Below, one piece after another: positions 54,451 through 62,294 of a stretch of DNA of 64,000 nucleotides (positions are counted from its first letter, which is position 1; every line of letters begins with the position of its first letter). The stretch lies in IMG/VR virus record IMGVR_UViG_3300028186_000155; one strand, given 5' to 3'. The DNA is from a virus. Its lineage: Duplodnaviria > Caudoviricetes. The notes under the pieces were generated by a model. It was given only the letters and a program-made list of their open reading frames with translations, was not told where the DNA came from and ran no database searches. The translations under genes and the position numbers were made by a program.

Positions 54451-54897
54451 CTACCTCGGATAAAGATGGCGATATTCTTCGGTCAAACAGAATTCACTGC
54501 TCAGTTGCAGGGAGGCTGGGATCTTGCTTTGGTCAACGAACTTCACAAATTCGATAACGTCTTTCGAGGTCCAACCACGCGGGTACACATTCACTGCGCC
54601 CCATGGTTTGTTTACAGATTCGTAGGTGCGCACGATGTGCATGCCCAGCTGTTCTGCGTTCTCGAATTCGCACACGACAATCGGGCGGTGGCCCATCTTC
54701 CACAGAATATCGAATGCGTAATCATTTTCTGCGAAAAGGTGGATATGATCACCCCAAGCAAACAGGCCTTTGGAATCGTATGAATACCACGACGCCTTGT
54801 CGCTTTTGATAGCGATCAGTTGCGGTGTGTAGCCACGCGGGTCCAGTGTTTGGTTGCCATCAGGAATTGCGTCGGGATCAAGTTTCACAAGTTTCAT
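54451..54897 (-). CDS. Hypothetical protein
   Basis: 148 aa. Confidence 0.65.
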   Translation of the reverse strand: MKLVKLDPDAIPDGNQTLDPRGYTPQLIAIKSDKASWYSYDSKGLFAWGDHIHLFAENDYAFDILWKMGHRPIVVCEFENAEQLGMHIVRTYESVNKPWGAVNVYPRGWTSKDVIEFVKFVDQSKIPASLQLSSEFCLTEEYRHLYPR

Positions 54898-55220
54898 TCG
54901 CAGCCCACCAATTTACGTTGATATTCGTCCAGTTCGAAAACCACCGGCAGCCCATGTTCCAGCAAATCGAAAACCACACGACGCAACAGCGAAATGTCTT
55001 GAGTCAAAACGGCAACCACCACCGGTTCGTCATGTTCATTCGTGTACGCCGCAATCTCTTCGCGAAATTCCCGAACCATATCCTGTTCGGTAGCGGCCCC
55101 AACAGCTTCAGGCGAAACGAAAATCACCTTGGCACATTGAGGCACGCGGGTATCCCCGAACTGTGCCAGAGCGTCGTCTGGAAACACGGTTTCGGGTGCG
55201 TACACGAATGCAGTTTTCAT
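54894..55220 (-). CDS. Hypothetical protein
   Basis: 108 aa, ATGA coupling. Confidence 0.65.
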   Translation of the reverse strand: MKTAFVYAPETVFPDDALAQFGDTRVPQCAKVIFVSPEAVGAATEQDMVREFREEIAAYTNEHDEPVVVAVLTQDISLLRRVVFDLLEHGLPVVFELDEYQRKLVGCE

Positions 55221-55762
55221 AACAATACCTGTTCTGGTCGGGAGAGGACTTTGATAACCTCGACAAGGTTTTTAAACATAAAGCCTGCCTTGTCAATGTC
55301 TTCGATTACGATTTGTGCAGCCTTTTCCAGCCCTTTAACTTCATCGAAATAATCGTAGAAGGGGCGCATGATCGACTCCACAAATGCTTTACGTTCGCCC
55401 TGTGCACCAACCGACTTTAGGTAGCTGGCATATTCGGCACACAGGTAATCGCGCAGCTTGGACAGCGTGCGCTCCATAGCGTGGGAAATTTTCGTGCACT
55501 CGCCAAGGATTTCAGCGCAGCGGCTGCGCGTTGCTTGGTCTTGCAAAAGTGCTTCACAAACTTTTTCTGGAAATGCGCGCGAGCGTTTGCGCTTCAATTC
55601 GCGGGTTATGCGTGTCGTGTGAAGGCGTTGCAATTCCGAATGGTACGACTCAAAGTCGATGTTGTACGCCGGGTTGCCCCGGAAGTTTTCAAGGAATTGC
55701 TGGAAACGTTTGTTCTTTTTGATCGTAGAACGAATCGCCTTCTGTTGCTCACGACTACTCAT
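55217..55762 (-). CDS. Helical protein, possibly a UvsY-like recombination mediator
   Basis: C-terminal IEDIDKAGFMFKNLVE resembles the UvsY tail; close to the SF2 helicase. Confidence 0.4.
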   Translation of the reverse strand: MSSREQQKAIRSTIKKNKRFQQFLENFRGNPAYNIDFESYHSELQRLHTTRITRELKRKRSRAFPEKVCEALLQDQATRSRCAEILGECTKISHAMERTLSKLRDYLCAEYASYLKSVGAQGERKAFVESIMRPFYDYFDEVKGLEKAAQIVIEDIDKAGFMFKNLVEVIKVLSRPEQVLL

Positions 55763-56144
55763 AGGCCGTTCCGCTCACTTGGGTGCCGAAGTGCCCGGCC
55801 ATGATCAACGTGAATTCCGCAACTTGCACCACGAAATCCTGTTGCAGGTCGGTGGTGTTTTCGTAGTCAGGTTCTGCCCACGGGAAAATCCGCCAGTTGT
55901 CCCTGTACCAGCCGCTAACATCGAACGCTTCTTTTTCAGTGGCGTTTTGCTGCCGGTTGTTGTGCAGTTCGATCTTGTCGGATAGGTCGGTAATCGACTC
56001 GACAAAACGTACCTGATCCACGTGGTGCTGCTGATCCCATACCGGGTACGGCAGGCCGCACACCTTGGCAAACGTGGCGATCATTGCACAGAGCAATTCC
56101 GCCATTTCAGCCTCTTCAAAATATCGCATTTTATCCTCGGACAA
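55755..56144 (-). CDS. Hypothetical protein
   Basis: 129 aa. Confidence 0.6.
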   Translation of the reverse strand: MSEDKMRYFEEAEMAELLCAMIATFAKVCGLPYPVWDQQHHVDQVRFVESITDLSDKIELHNNRQQNATEKEAFDVSGWYRDNWRIFPWAEPDYENTTDLQQDFVVQVAEFTLIMAGHFGTQVSGTAYE

Positions 56145-56463
56145 TTGTCATTTGTTGGCACAGCTTGTGGACGTACTCAACGAAGCGCTGCGCGTCGTGG
56201 TCCAGATCGTTCCAACGGTTGGTGAATGGGAACAGCGCCCAATGCGTTTCGAACCACATTTCGTGAGGCATGTAATAACCATCAGCAGTGCGCTTCAGGT
56301 CTTTAACTGCCGCCAGATACAAACGCATTTTCTCTTTGGGGAAATTCCGCAGATCAATAGGCTGATATCCGCTAGGGTCGTTGTGTTCCATCATGACGCG
56401 GGCGGCCACCACGTTGTGGCGCAGCAGAATTGCAATTCTTTCGTCGTTGAGATTGAGCATCAC
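56131..56463 (-). CDS. Hypothetical protein
   Basis: 110 aa. Confidence 0.6.
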   Translation of the reverse strand: MMLNLNDERIAILLRHNVVAARVMMEHNDPSGYQPIDLRNFPKEKMRLYLAAVKDLKRTADGYYMPHEMWFETHWALFPFTNRWNDLDHDAQRFVEYVHKLCQQMTIVRG

Positions 56464-56906
56464 ACGGCCTCGGTTACAAGGTAGGGAGATTCGGCGTTGC
56501 CGCTGATGGCCAACACAGAACCGGTGCTACTCTTGAATATTAACAGTTTTTGTTTGTATGACGTGATCGGGTGCTGCACGTAATCATACAATTCCTTTTT
56601 ATTGCAGGCGACGATCATTTTGTGCGGCTCTAGCTCAACCTTGGATTCATCCGAGATAACGAACAGGTGGCCATAGATCGAACGCCGGGCATTGACGAAG
56701 TTGTACATTTTGCAGAAGCGGTTGAGCGGATACGGATTTTCATAATCAATCAGCATCGGTGTATCAACCAGCTTACGGAAAAACAGCCCGACATGGTGGC
56801 CGTCGTGGGCCTTGCCGAAATCCTCGAAGGTATCAACCTGCCGCACGGTATGAGTGAACGTGTCGGCCAGACTGAAAATCGGGCTGATATTACTTAGCTT
56901 CATCAT
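56460..56906 (-). CDS. Hypothetical protein
   Basis: 148 aa. Confidence 0.6.
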   Translation of the reverse strand: MMKLSNISPIFSLADTFTHTVRQVDTFEDFGKAHDGHHVGLFFRKLVDTPMLIDYENPYPLNRFCKMYNFVNARRSIYGHLFVISDESKVELEPHKMIVACNKKELYDYVQHPITSYKQKLLIFKSSTGSVLAISGNAESPYLVTEAV

Positions 56907-58032
56907 AGGTGCCGACCAGCGTCAGGGTGCCGCCATCGATTTTGGTTACGAGGCGATAGGCGCTCATGGCACCCGGCACCTTGTAGAAATTCATGTCGAT
57001 TTCCACACCAGAGATTTTGTTGAAAAGGTCCATAAAGATTCGCGGGTCAACCCGGATATCCAACGGTTTACCTTCCACCTTGGCTTTGAATTCGTCGGAG
57101 ACTTTACCGCCACCGCCCTGCACACTCATGCGCGCCTTACCCTTTTCGAGGGCCAGCGCCATTTTGGTATCGCCATCGGACAGAACCGACATATTCGAAA
57201 CGACGCCCACGGCCTTCGTATCGAACAGCATGGAACTCAGCGGCTTTTGATCGTCCAGCATTTTGTTGTACTGCACAGCCTGCCCAACTTCACCGTAGAT
57301 CAGCTGGCCAACCGGGATCGACACAACGAATTGTGCACCAGTCGCACGGAAACGGCCACCATCCACCGAGAAACTGATTTTGTCAGATTCGATGAATTTT
57401 TCGATTACGCTGAAGGCCTTGGCGGGCAGCGAAGTTTTCAGCGGCACCGCGCCTTTCACCTTGGTTTTGAACAGGGCGACGTGGTGTTCATCGTGGCAAT
57501 AAACACGCATCAGTTTGTCGCCAATTTCAAAGATGATTGGCAATTCGGTTGAGCCGTAGAAGTCGGTAAGGCGTACACGCTTCACCGCTTCGCGCAGGGC
57601 GTGCACCACGTCTTTTGGCATAGGCTCGGTTTTGGTTCCGACCAGCTGGTGCTCCAGCATCTGGATATCATCGCCGTCGAATTCACCGACCGGCAATTGC
57701 GCTTTGAACTGGCCTTTTTGTTCCTTGAATGCGATGTTGCCGCCACCGGTTTTGAACTGGCAAGGGCCACGCGCTTTCAGCAGGCCAATCATCTTGACAG
57801 CATCGATTTTCACGGTGCCGCTTTTGTCGCAATTGTCGCTCACCTTGGCACAGGCCAGCGCATCGGTAGAACTGCCGATCAAGTAAACACCTTTGCCCTT
57901 TTGGCAGGCAATGATGAATTTGGCGTCGTCGGCTTTGATGTAGGTTGTAACGTTAATGATTTTGGAAAGCGTGGCCGCAACATCGCGACCAATCGCCGTG
58001 AATTCCAGTTCGTTACCTTCGATAAGTTTCAT
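56890..58032 (-). CDS. dnaN: DNA polymerase sliding clamp (Pol III beta-like)
   Basis: 380 aa with three-domain beta/alpha periodicity (CHDEHHVA, SLPAKAF, RVDPRIFMDLF); adjacent to the polymerase. Confidence 0.7.
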   Translation of the reverse strand: MKLIEGNELEFTAIGRDVAATLSKIINVTTYIKADDAKFIIACQKGKGVYLIGSSTDALACAKVSDNCDKSGTVKIDAVKMIGLLKARGPCQFKTGGGNIAFKEQKGQFKAQLPVGEFDGDDIQMLEHQLVGTKTEPMPKDVVHALREAVKRVRLTDFYGSTELPIIFEIGDKLMRVYCHDEHHVALFKTKVKGAVPLKTSLPAKAFSVIEKFIESDKISFSVDGGRFRATGAQFVVSIPVGQLIYGEVGQAVQYNKMLDDQKPLSSMLFDTKAVGVVSNMSVLSDGDTKMALALEKGKARMSVQGGGGKVSDEFKAKVEGKPLDIRVDPRIFMDLFNKISGVEIDMNFYKVPGAMSAYRLVTKIDGGTLTLVGTYDEAK

Positions 58033-58403
58033 TGCAGCTTGTACCCAAAAATGTCAGCGAATTCGTATGGAACCAACGTGATGGTCATGAACGTTTCTTC
58101 GTTGTCTTCGTCGGCGGGTTGCACACTGGCCATCCACGCCCACACCAGACCATAGCGAGGTAAAACCTGCGACTCTAGCGAATCCAGAAACGGCTCAATT
58201 GATTCCTTTGTCGGGTAGATTTCAAACGTGGAATCTGGCGAGTTTAATTCCAGCATCAGTTGCCCGGCAAATTGCTTGAAGAGCGCCAAGCGCGGATCAT
58301 CCACGCTGGCACCCTCAACCTCAAGGCAGAACGATTTGATGCGGGTAGTCTCTAGGCAGCTTCCTTCTGATTTTTCCAGAATTTCTTCTGCTTCAATACC
58401 CAT
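58029..58403 (-). CDS. Acidic hypothetical protein
   Basis: 124 aa between the polymerase and the clamp. Confidence 0.65.
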   Translation of the reverse strand: MGIEAEEILEKSEGSCLETTRIKSFCLEVEGASVDDPRLALFKQFAGQLMLELNSPDSTFEIYPTKESIEPFLDSLESQVLPRYGLVWAWMASVQPADEDNEETFMTITLVPYEFADIFGYKLQ

Positions 58404-61309
58404 TCCGGGGCATCCTCTTTCATGCGGCCCATGATCCGCCTGTACACCTCTTTAGGCTTGATATCGTGACCGAGAACGTCACGCTGCCCCTCAAGGGTTG
58501 TCATTAGCAGTTCATCGAGTGCGCATTTGTCTTTTGTTTTGAAGTCGCCGGTCAACGCGTAGTTCCAGCCTTCACACTTATCCAGCGAGTAACCGAATTC
58601 GAAGTCGATTTCCAGCTGAATGTCGAAGTTGAAACCGTGACGTGCAATCATTTCTTTTTCCACGTCGTGCGTTAGGCCCTGTTCGATCATCCCAACCGCC
58701 AACCAGAAATCCTCATAAGCGCAGGAGAATTCGAGGGAGTCGTGCACCGAGTTAGCCTGAATGAAATCAGGATAATGACCGGTCTTTTGGTAGTGTTCGA
58801 AACGGCGGCGCTCAATGCACCGGGCGCCCGTCATCATGAAGTCAGAACCCATGCCCTGTACTGGACTGTTTACAGATTGCCGCTCAGAGCGCGACGTGAT
58901 GTTGCCAGCGTCTTCGTGGCTGCTAGGGGTCAGCAGGCCCCACAGGTTACGGCGACGGCCCACAGGCGATTCGACAAACAGGTGCTTGCGTGCGTGGTCC
59001 TTGGCCTTGTCGAACCACTTGGCGCCCACAGGGAAGCGTTTAAAGAACTGTTCTGTCAGTTCCTCAACCATTTCAACCGTAGCGTTAATCGACTTGGCTG
59101 TACCCTTCGCACCCTGCTGGTAAATCAGACCGAAAATAACCTGCTTAACCGATTGACGCATCACCTTGTCAACGGCTTCGATTGGCTTACGGAAGAAGTA
59201 CGCGGCGTTAATCTTGTGAACGTCACCCTTGAAGTCAATTTCCTTCGCGAGTTCCAGCGTTGGTTTACGCTTGAATTTCTCACGAAGTTTCAGACCTACA
59301 CGGAACGCATCAGCCACGCCCTTGTCGCCGGAAATGAGGGACCAGCATCGCACTTCGTGCGCCGAGTAGTCCACCTTAATGATTATTCGACCTTCAGGGC
59401 TAACGAAGAGTCGTTTAATCAGTTTACCCATTTCAGATCGTGACGGAATTGTCTGCAACGTTGGGTCACGTGCCGAGGTACGACCAGTAACCACATCCAG
59501 ATAACCGAAGCGTGGCCGCATGCAGCGGTCGTATCGGAAATCTTCGTCTTCGCCCCATTTTTTAATGAAGCTTTTGACATAGGCGTTGTAGAGTTTTTCG
59601 ATCTTCGTTAGCTCGGTGAAGAGCTTGATTTCCGGCACGTCTTCGTAACGCTTCTGGAAATCTTTGTCGATCTTGCCCAAGCCCTTTTTGTTCTGCGACA
59701 AGGGCTTGAGTTTGAGGACTTCAAAGAACAGCAGTTGCTTATGCTCTTCCTTGTTGATTTTGAACAGCTTGGTTTGCGTTCGTCCGAATAGGCCCATGGA
59801 CGGCACACCCGAGCGTTTGGCCAGAAGCTTGTTAGCTTTCTGCACCCCCTCGGATTCGTACAACGCTTTGAGGACTCGGTTTTTCTCACGAACAATATGT
59901 GAGTCTTTCGATTTGAGTTTGAACAGCCAGTCGATATCGACATACGAGCCGTTGAACTCAAGGTTAGACAGCGTGTGAATCTGATCCGACAGCTGTTCCG
60001 AAACAACGGATTCGTATTTCTTGTATCCGATTGTCTTGGCTTGTTTCAGCTGAAGTTTCTGAATGTGCAGCAGCAGGATTACGTCAAGGGCCATGTACGT
60101 GAGCACTGGGCCGTCGAGGTCCATGTCCGCAATGAATGCCCGCTGTTCCTTACCGAAGTCGGATTCGTAATAGGCGCGACAGCCATACTGCATGGTGATA
60201 TTGAGCAACGAATAATAGTTTCGGCCACTCACACCTTGGATCGATTTGTGGTTTTCATCCTTGGCGAATTCCGCCGAAATGATGCACCACAATTTGCATT
60301 TGAAGAAGCGCACCCCAAGGTCACGCCGGGCAGCGATCAGGTCGAACGCGGCGTTGGCGTAGAGGTTATATTTATTCTTCGATTTGTGTTCGAAGTATTC
60401 GCGCAGCTTCGTCTTGATGTACGCAATTTCCTTGGGGAGAAACGGCGTGTCTTTGTGCAGGAATGGCAGGATGTACGCTTTGCCTGTGTCGGTCGCGAAC
60501 TGCCATGTTACCGTGTAGTTCTTTCGTCGCTTCAGATTTCGCGACTCGGTATCGATTGCCACCACCTCGGCGTTGGTAATGGCCTTGAGCATCTTGTCGA
60601 ATTTCTTGATTGTATCGACCATTTCGATCTTGTAATCAAGCTTCGGAACTTTGTACATCAACTTGCCATCGTTGAGCGCGGTGGTCAGGTTGCGCGCAAC
60701 GTACCCTGCTGCCGCCATCGTATCATCCGAGGTTTGCAGCTTGCGCAAACTCAAGGTCGAGACGTGGTTGAATTTGTGCGTGTTGCCCTTGTAAGTTGAT
60801 TTGGCTTTGATCGGCACACCGTAAAAGTGTTGCCACAAAACACCGCGTTCGTTTTTGTGCTGCGAAATGAAATCGCCGCTCAGGGCCATGGTCGGATCGG
60901 GACCAAAGGTCACTACCGTGTCAGGCTTGTACGTGGTGATCACGTATTCAAGGCGTTTCTTAAATTCCTGTTTCGCCAGTTCGATAAACGCAGGTGCGCC
61001 ACCTTGCGTTTTGAAACTGTGATAACTCATGCACAGCCAGTTGTAATCGTCCAGCTTATTCGGGGCTTTGTAATACTCTTCTGCGGCCCACATGAGGTTT
61101 TGCAAAAGGTCGCCGGTCGCCCCGTCGAGGATACGGTTTTTCCGCATCGCCTCGCCCGGCATGTAGTCAAAGACAAACAGAATTTTCCCGCGAGCCTTTT
61201 TGGTCACGTGCTTAGCCAGTTCAACCTGATCGAAACCAGTAATGTCGTACTGCTTCAGCCCCTTGCCATACTTGTAGTCGCTGGGAAATTCTACATACTC
61301 ATACTTCAT
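58352..61309 (-). CDS. polA: Family A DNA polymerase with N-terminal UDG-like and 3'-5' exonuclease domains
   Basis: Exo AIDTES / NAAFD / YMALD; TGRTS..PTLQTIP; motif A DYSAHEVR; motif B RQSVKQVIFGLIY; motif C VHDS. Confidence 0.95.
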   Translation of the reverse strand: MKYEYVEFPSDYKYGKGLKQYDITGFDQVELAKHVTKKARGKILFVFDYMPGEAMRKNRILDGATGDLLQNLMWAAEEYYKAPNKLDDYNWLCMSYHSFKTQGGAPAFIELAKQEFKKRLEYVITTYKPDTVVTFGPDPTMALSGDFISQHKNERGVLWQHFYGVPIKAKSTYKGNTHKFNHVSTLSLRKLQTSDDTMAAAGYVARNLTTALNDGKLMYKVPKLDYKIEMVDTIKKFDKMLKAITNAEVVAIDTESRNLKRRKNYTVTWQFATDTGKAYILPFLHKDTPFLPKEIAYIKTKLREYFEHKSKNKYNLYANAAFDLIAARRDLGVRFFKCKLWCIISAEFAKDENHKSIQGVSGRNYYSLLNITMQYGCRAYYESDFGKEQRAFIADMDLDGPVLTYMALDVILLLHIQKLQLKQAKTIGYKKYESVVSEQLSDQIHTLSNLEFNGSYVDIDWLFKLKSKDSHIVREKNRVLKALYESEGVQKANKLLAKRSGVPSMGLFGRTQTKLFKINKEEHKQLLFFEVLKLKPLSQNKKGLGKIDKDFQKRYEDVPEIKLFTELTKIEKLYNAYVKSFIKKWGEDEDFRYDRCMRPRFGYLDVVTGRTSARDPTLQTIPSRSEMGKLIKRLFVSPEGRIIIKVDYSAHEVRCWSLISGDKGVADAFRVGLKLREKFKRKPTLELAKEIDFKGDVHKINAAYFFRKPIEAVDKVMRQSVKQVIFGLIYQQGAKGTAKSINATVEMVEELTEQFFKRFPVGAKWFDKAKDHARKHLFVESPVGRRRNLWGLLTPSSHEDAGNITSRSERQSVNSPVQGMGSDFMMTGARCIERRRFEHYQKTGHYPDFIQANSVHDSLEFSCAYEDFWLAVGMIEQGLTHDVEKEMIARHGFNFDIQLEIDFEFGYSLDKCEGWNYALTGDFKTKDKCALDELLMTTLEGQRDVLGHDIKPKEVYRRIMGRMKEDAPEWVLKQKKFWKNQKEAA

Positions 61310-61348
61310 AAGTTGTAGCCCGCCATAGGTGTGATAACCTACCTGTTA

Positions 61349-61356
61349 TTTACAGT
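61349..61356 (-). promoter_or_regulatory. Putative early/middle promoter element ACTGTAAA(T) for the polymerase operon
   Basis: Between a terminator and the polymerase ATG. Confidence 0.55.
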
Positions 61357-61369
61357 TTTTCTAGGCATG

Positions 61370-61403
61370 AAAAAGCCCCCAAATCCTAATGGAAATGGGG
61401 GCC
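61370..61403 (-). terminator. Rho-independent terminator
   Basis: GGCCCCCATTTCC...TTTGGGGGC followed by TTTTT. Confidence 0.75.
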
Positions 61404-61406
61404 AGT

Positions 61407-61892
61407 TCAAAACAACTTCACCATGCGGAGGATATCGGACAGCCTTGCGTCGTACTGTTCGGGCGTTGGGTAGCAGCACCAGCGACGGCTCATGGTGCGT
61501 AGCGTGTCGGTGGCCAGCAGCTTGTCGCCAAGCTGGGTGTATACTTCCCAATTGATCGGCAGTTCGTAAATCGACGTGTCACCACCACGGAGCACCACAA
61601 CCGGTTTATGGTGTGGCGCCGCGTCGATGAATCCGATAAAACGAGGACTGTCTTTCCACAACAGCAAGCCGCCTTCAGTGTCGGGAATTTCCACGGTTGT
61701 TACACCGTCTTCCAGACCGTTAATGCGCGGCCCCCAATACTCCCCGGAACCGAGGCCAAAGAAACCGAAAAGATCAGACGTTTCGTGCCCGGCGATCAGC
61801 TGCGGAAAGTTGGTGGTCAGAATCCGATAGTGCGTGTCGTTGCCTTTGAGATAAGCGTAATGAAACGCCACATCATCCTTGTGCATCGTCAT
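61407..61892 (-). CDS. Hypothetical protein
   Basis: Start at MTMHK, GAGG RBS. Confidence 0.65.
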   Translation of the reverse strand: MTMHKDDVAFHYAYLKGNDTHYRILTTNFPQLIAGHETSDLFGFFGLGSGEYWGPRINGLEDGVTTVEIPDTEGGLLLWKDSPRFIGFIDAAPHHKPVVVLRGGDTSIYELPINWEVYTQLGDKLLATDTLRTMSRRWCCYPTPEQYDARLSDILRMVKLF

Positions 61893-62250
61893 CGGAATAA
61901 TCCTCTTCGTCTTCCAGTTCCTCTTCCAGTTCTGGCTCTTCAACCACTGGCGGCGGAGTGACCGGAGTTTGACGCGTGCGTTTCTGAATCAAGGCAGCTG
62001 CTTGTTCGGCAGACATGTCGCGATGATTCAGCAATTTTTTCTCCCAATACAAACCTTTTGGCAGACGGTCAGTCACCGCGAATGGCAGGCCGTTGGAAGG
62101 GATGCCCGGCACATAGTTGTCTGCGCATTCGAAAGCCACTTTAGCCTTCATACTGGCAGCACTCCAAATGCCATCAATCGCGCCGTTGTAGTAGCCGAGG
62201 AAGGCCAGCACAACTTGCTGCGACATGAGTTCCATTTTTCCAGTTTGCAT
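61873..62250 (-). CDS. Peptidoglycan-binding-domain protein with acidic tail
   Basis: QVVLAFLGYYNGAIDGIWSAASMKA matches the PG_binding_1 pattern; GGAGG RBS. Confidence 0.65.
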   Translation of the reverse strand: MQTGKMELMSQQVVLAFLGYYNGAIDGIWSAASMKAKVAFECADNYVPGIPSNGLPFAVTDRLPKGLYWEKKLLNHRDMSAEQAAALIQKRTRQTPVTPPPVVEEPELEEELEDEEDYSDDDAQG

Positions 62251-62294
62251 AAATCCTCCAAAGCTAATTGGGGCCTTCCATGGCCCCGTGGACA

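Noticed and set aside
58352-61309. Intein or intron in the large polymerase
   Set aside because: The extra length is explained by the N-terminal UDG-like domain; the motifs are contiguous and there are no splice-junction residues.
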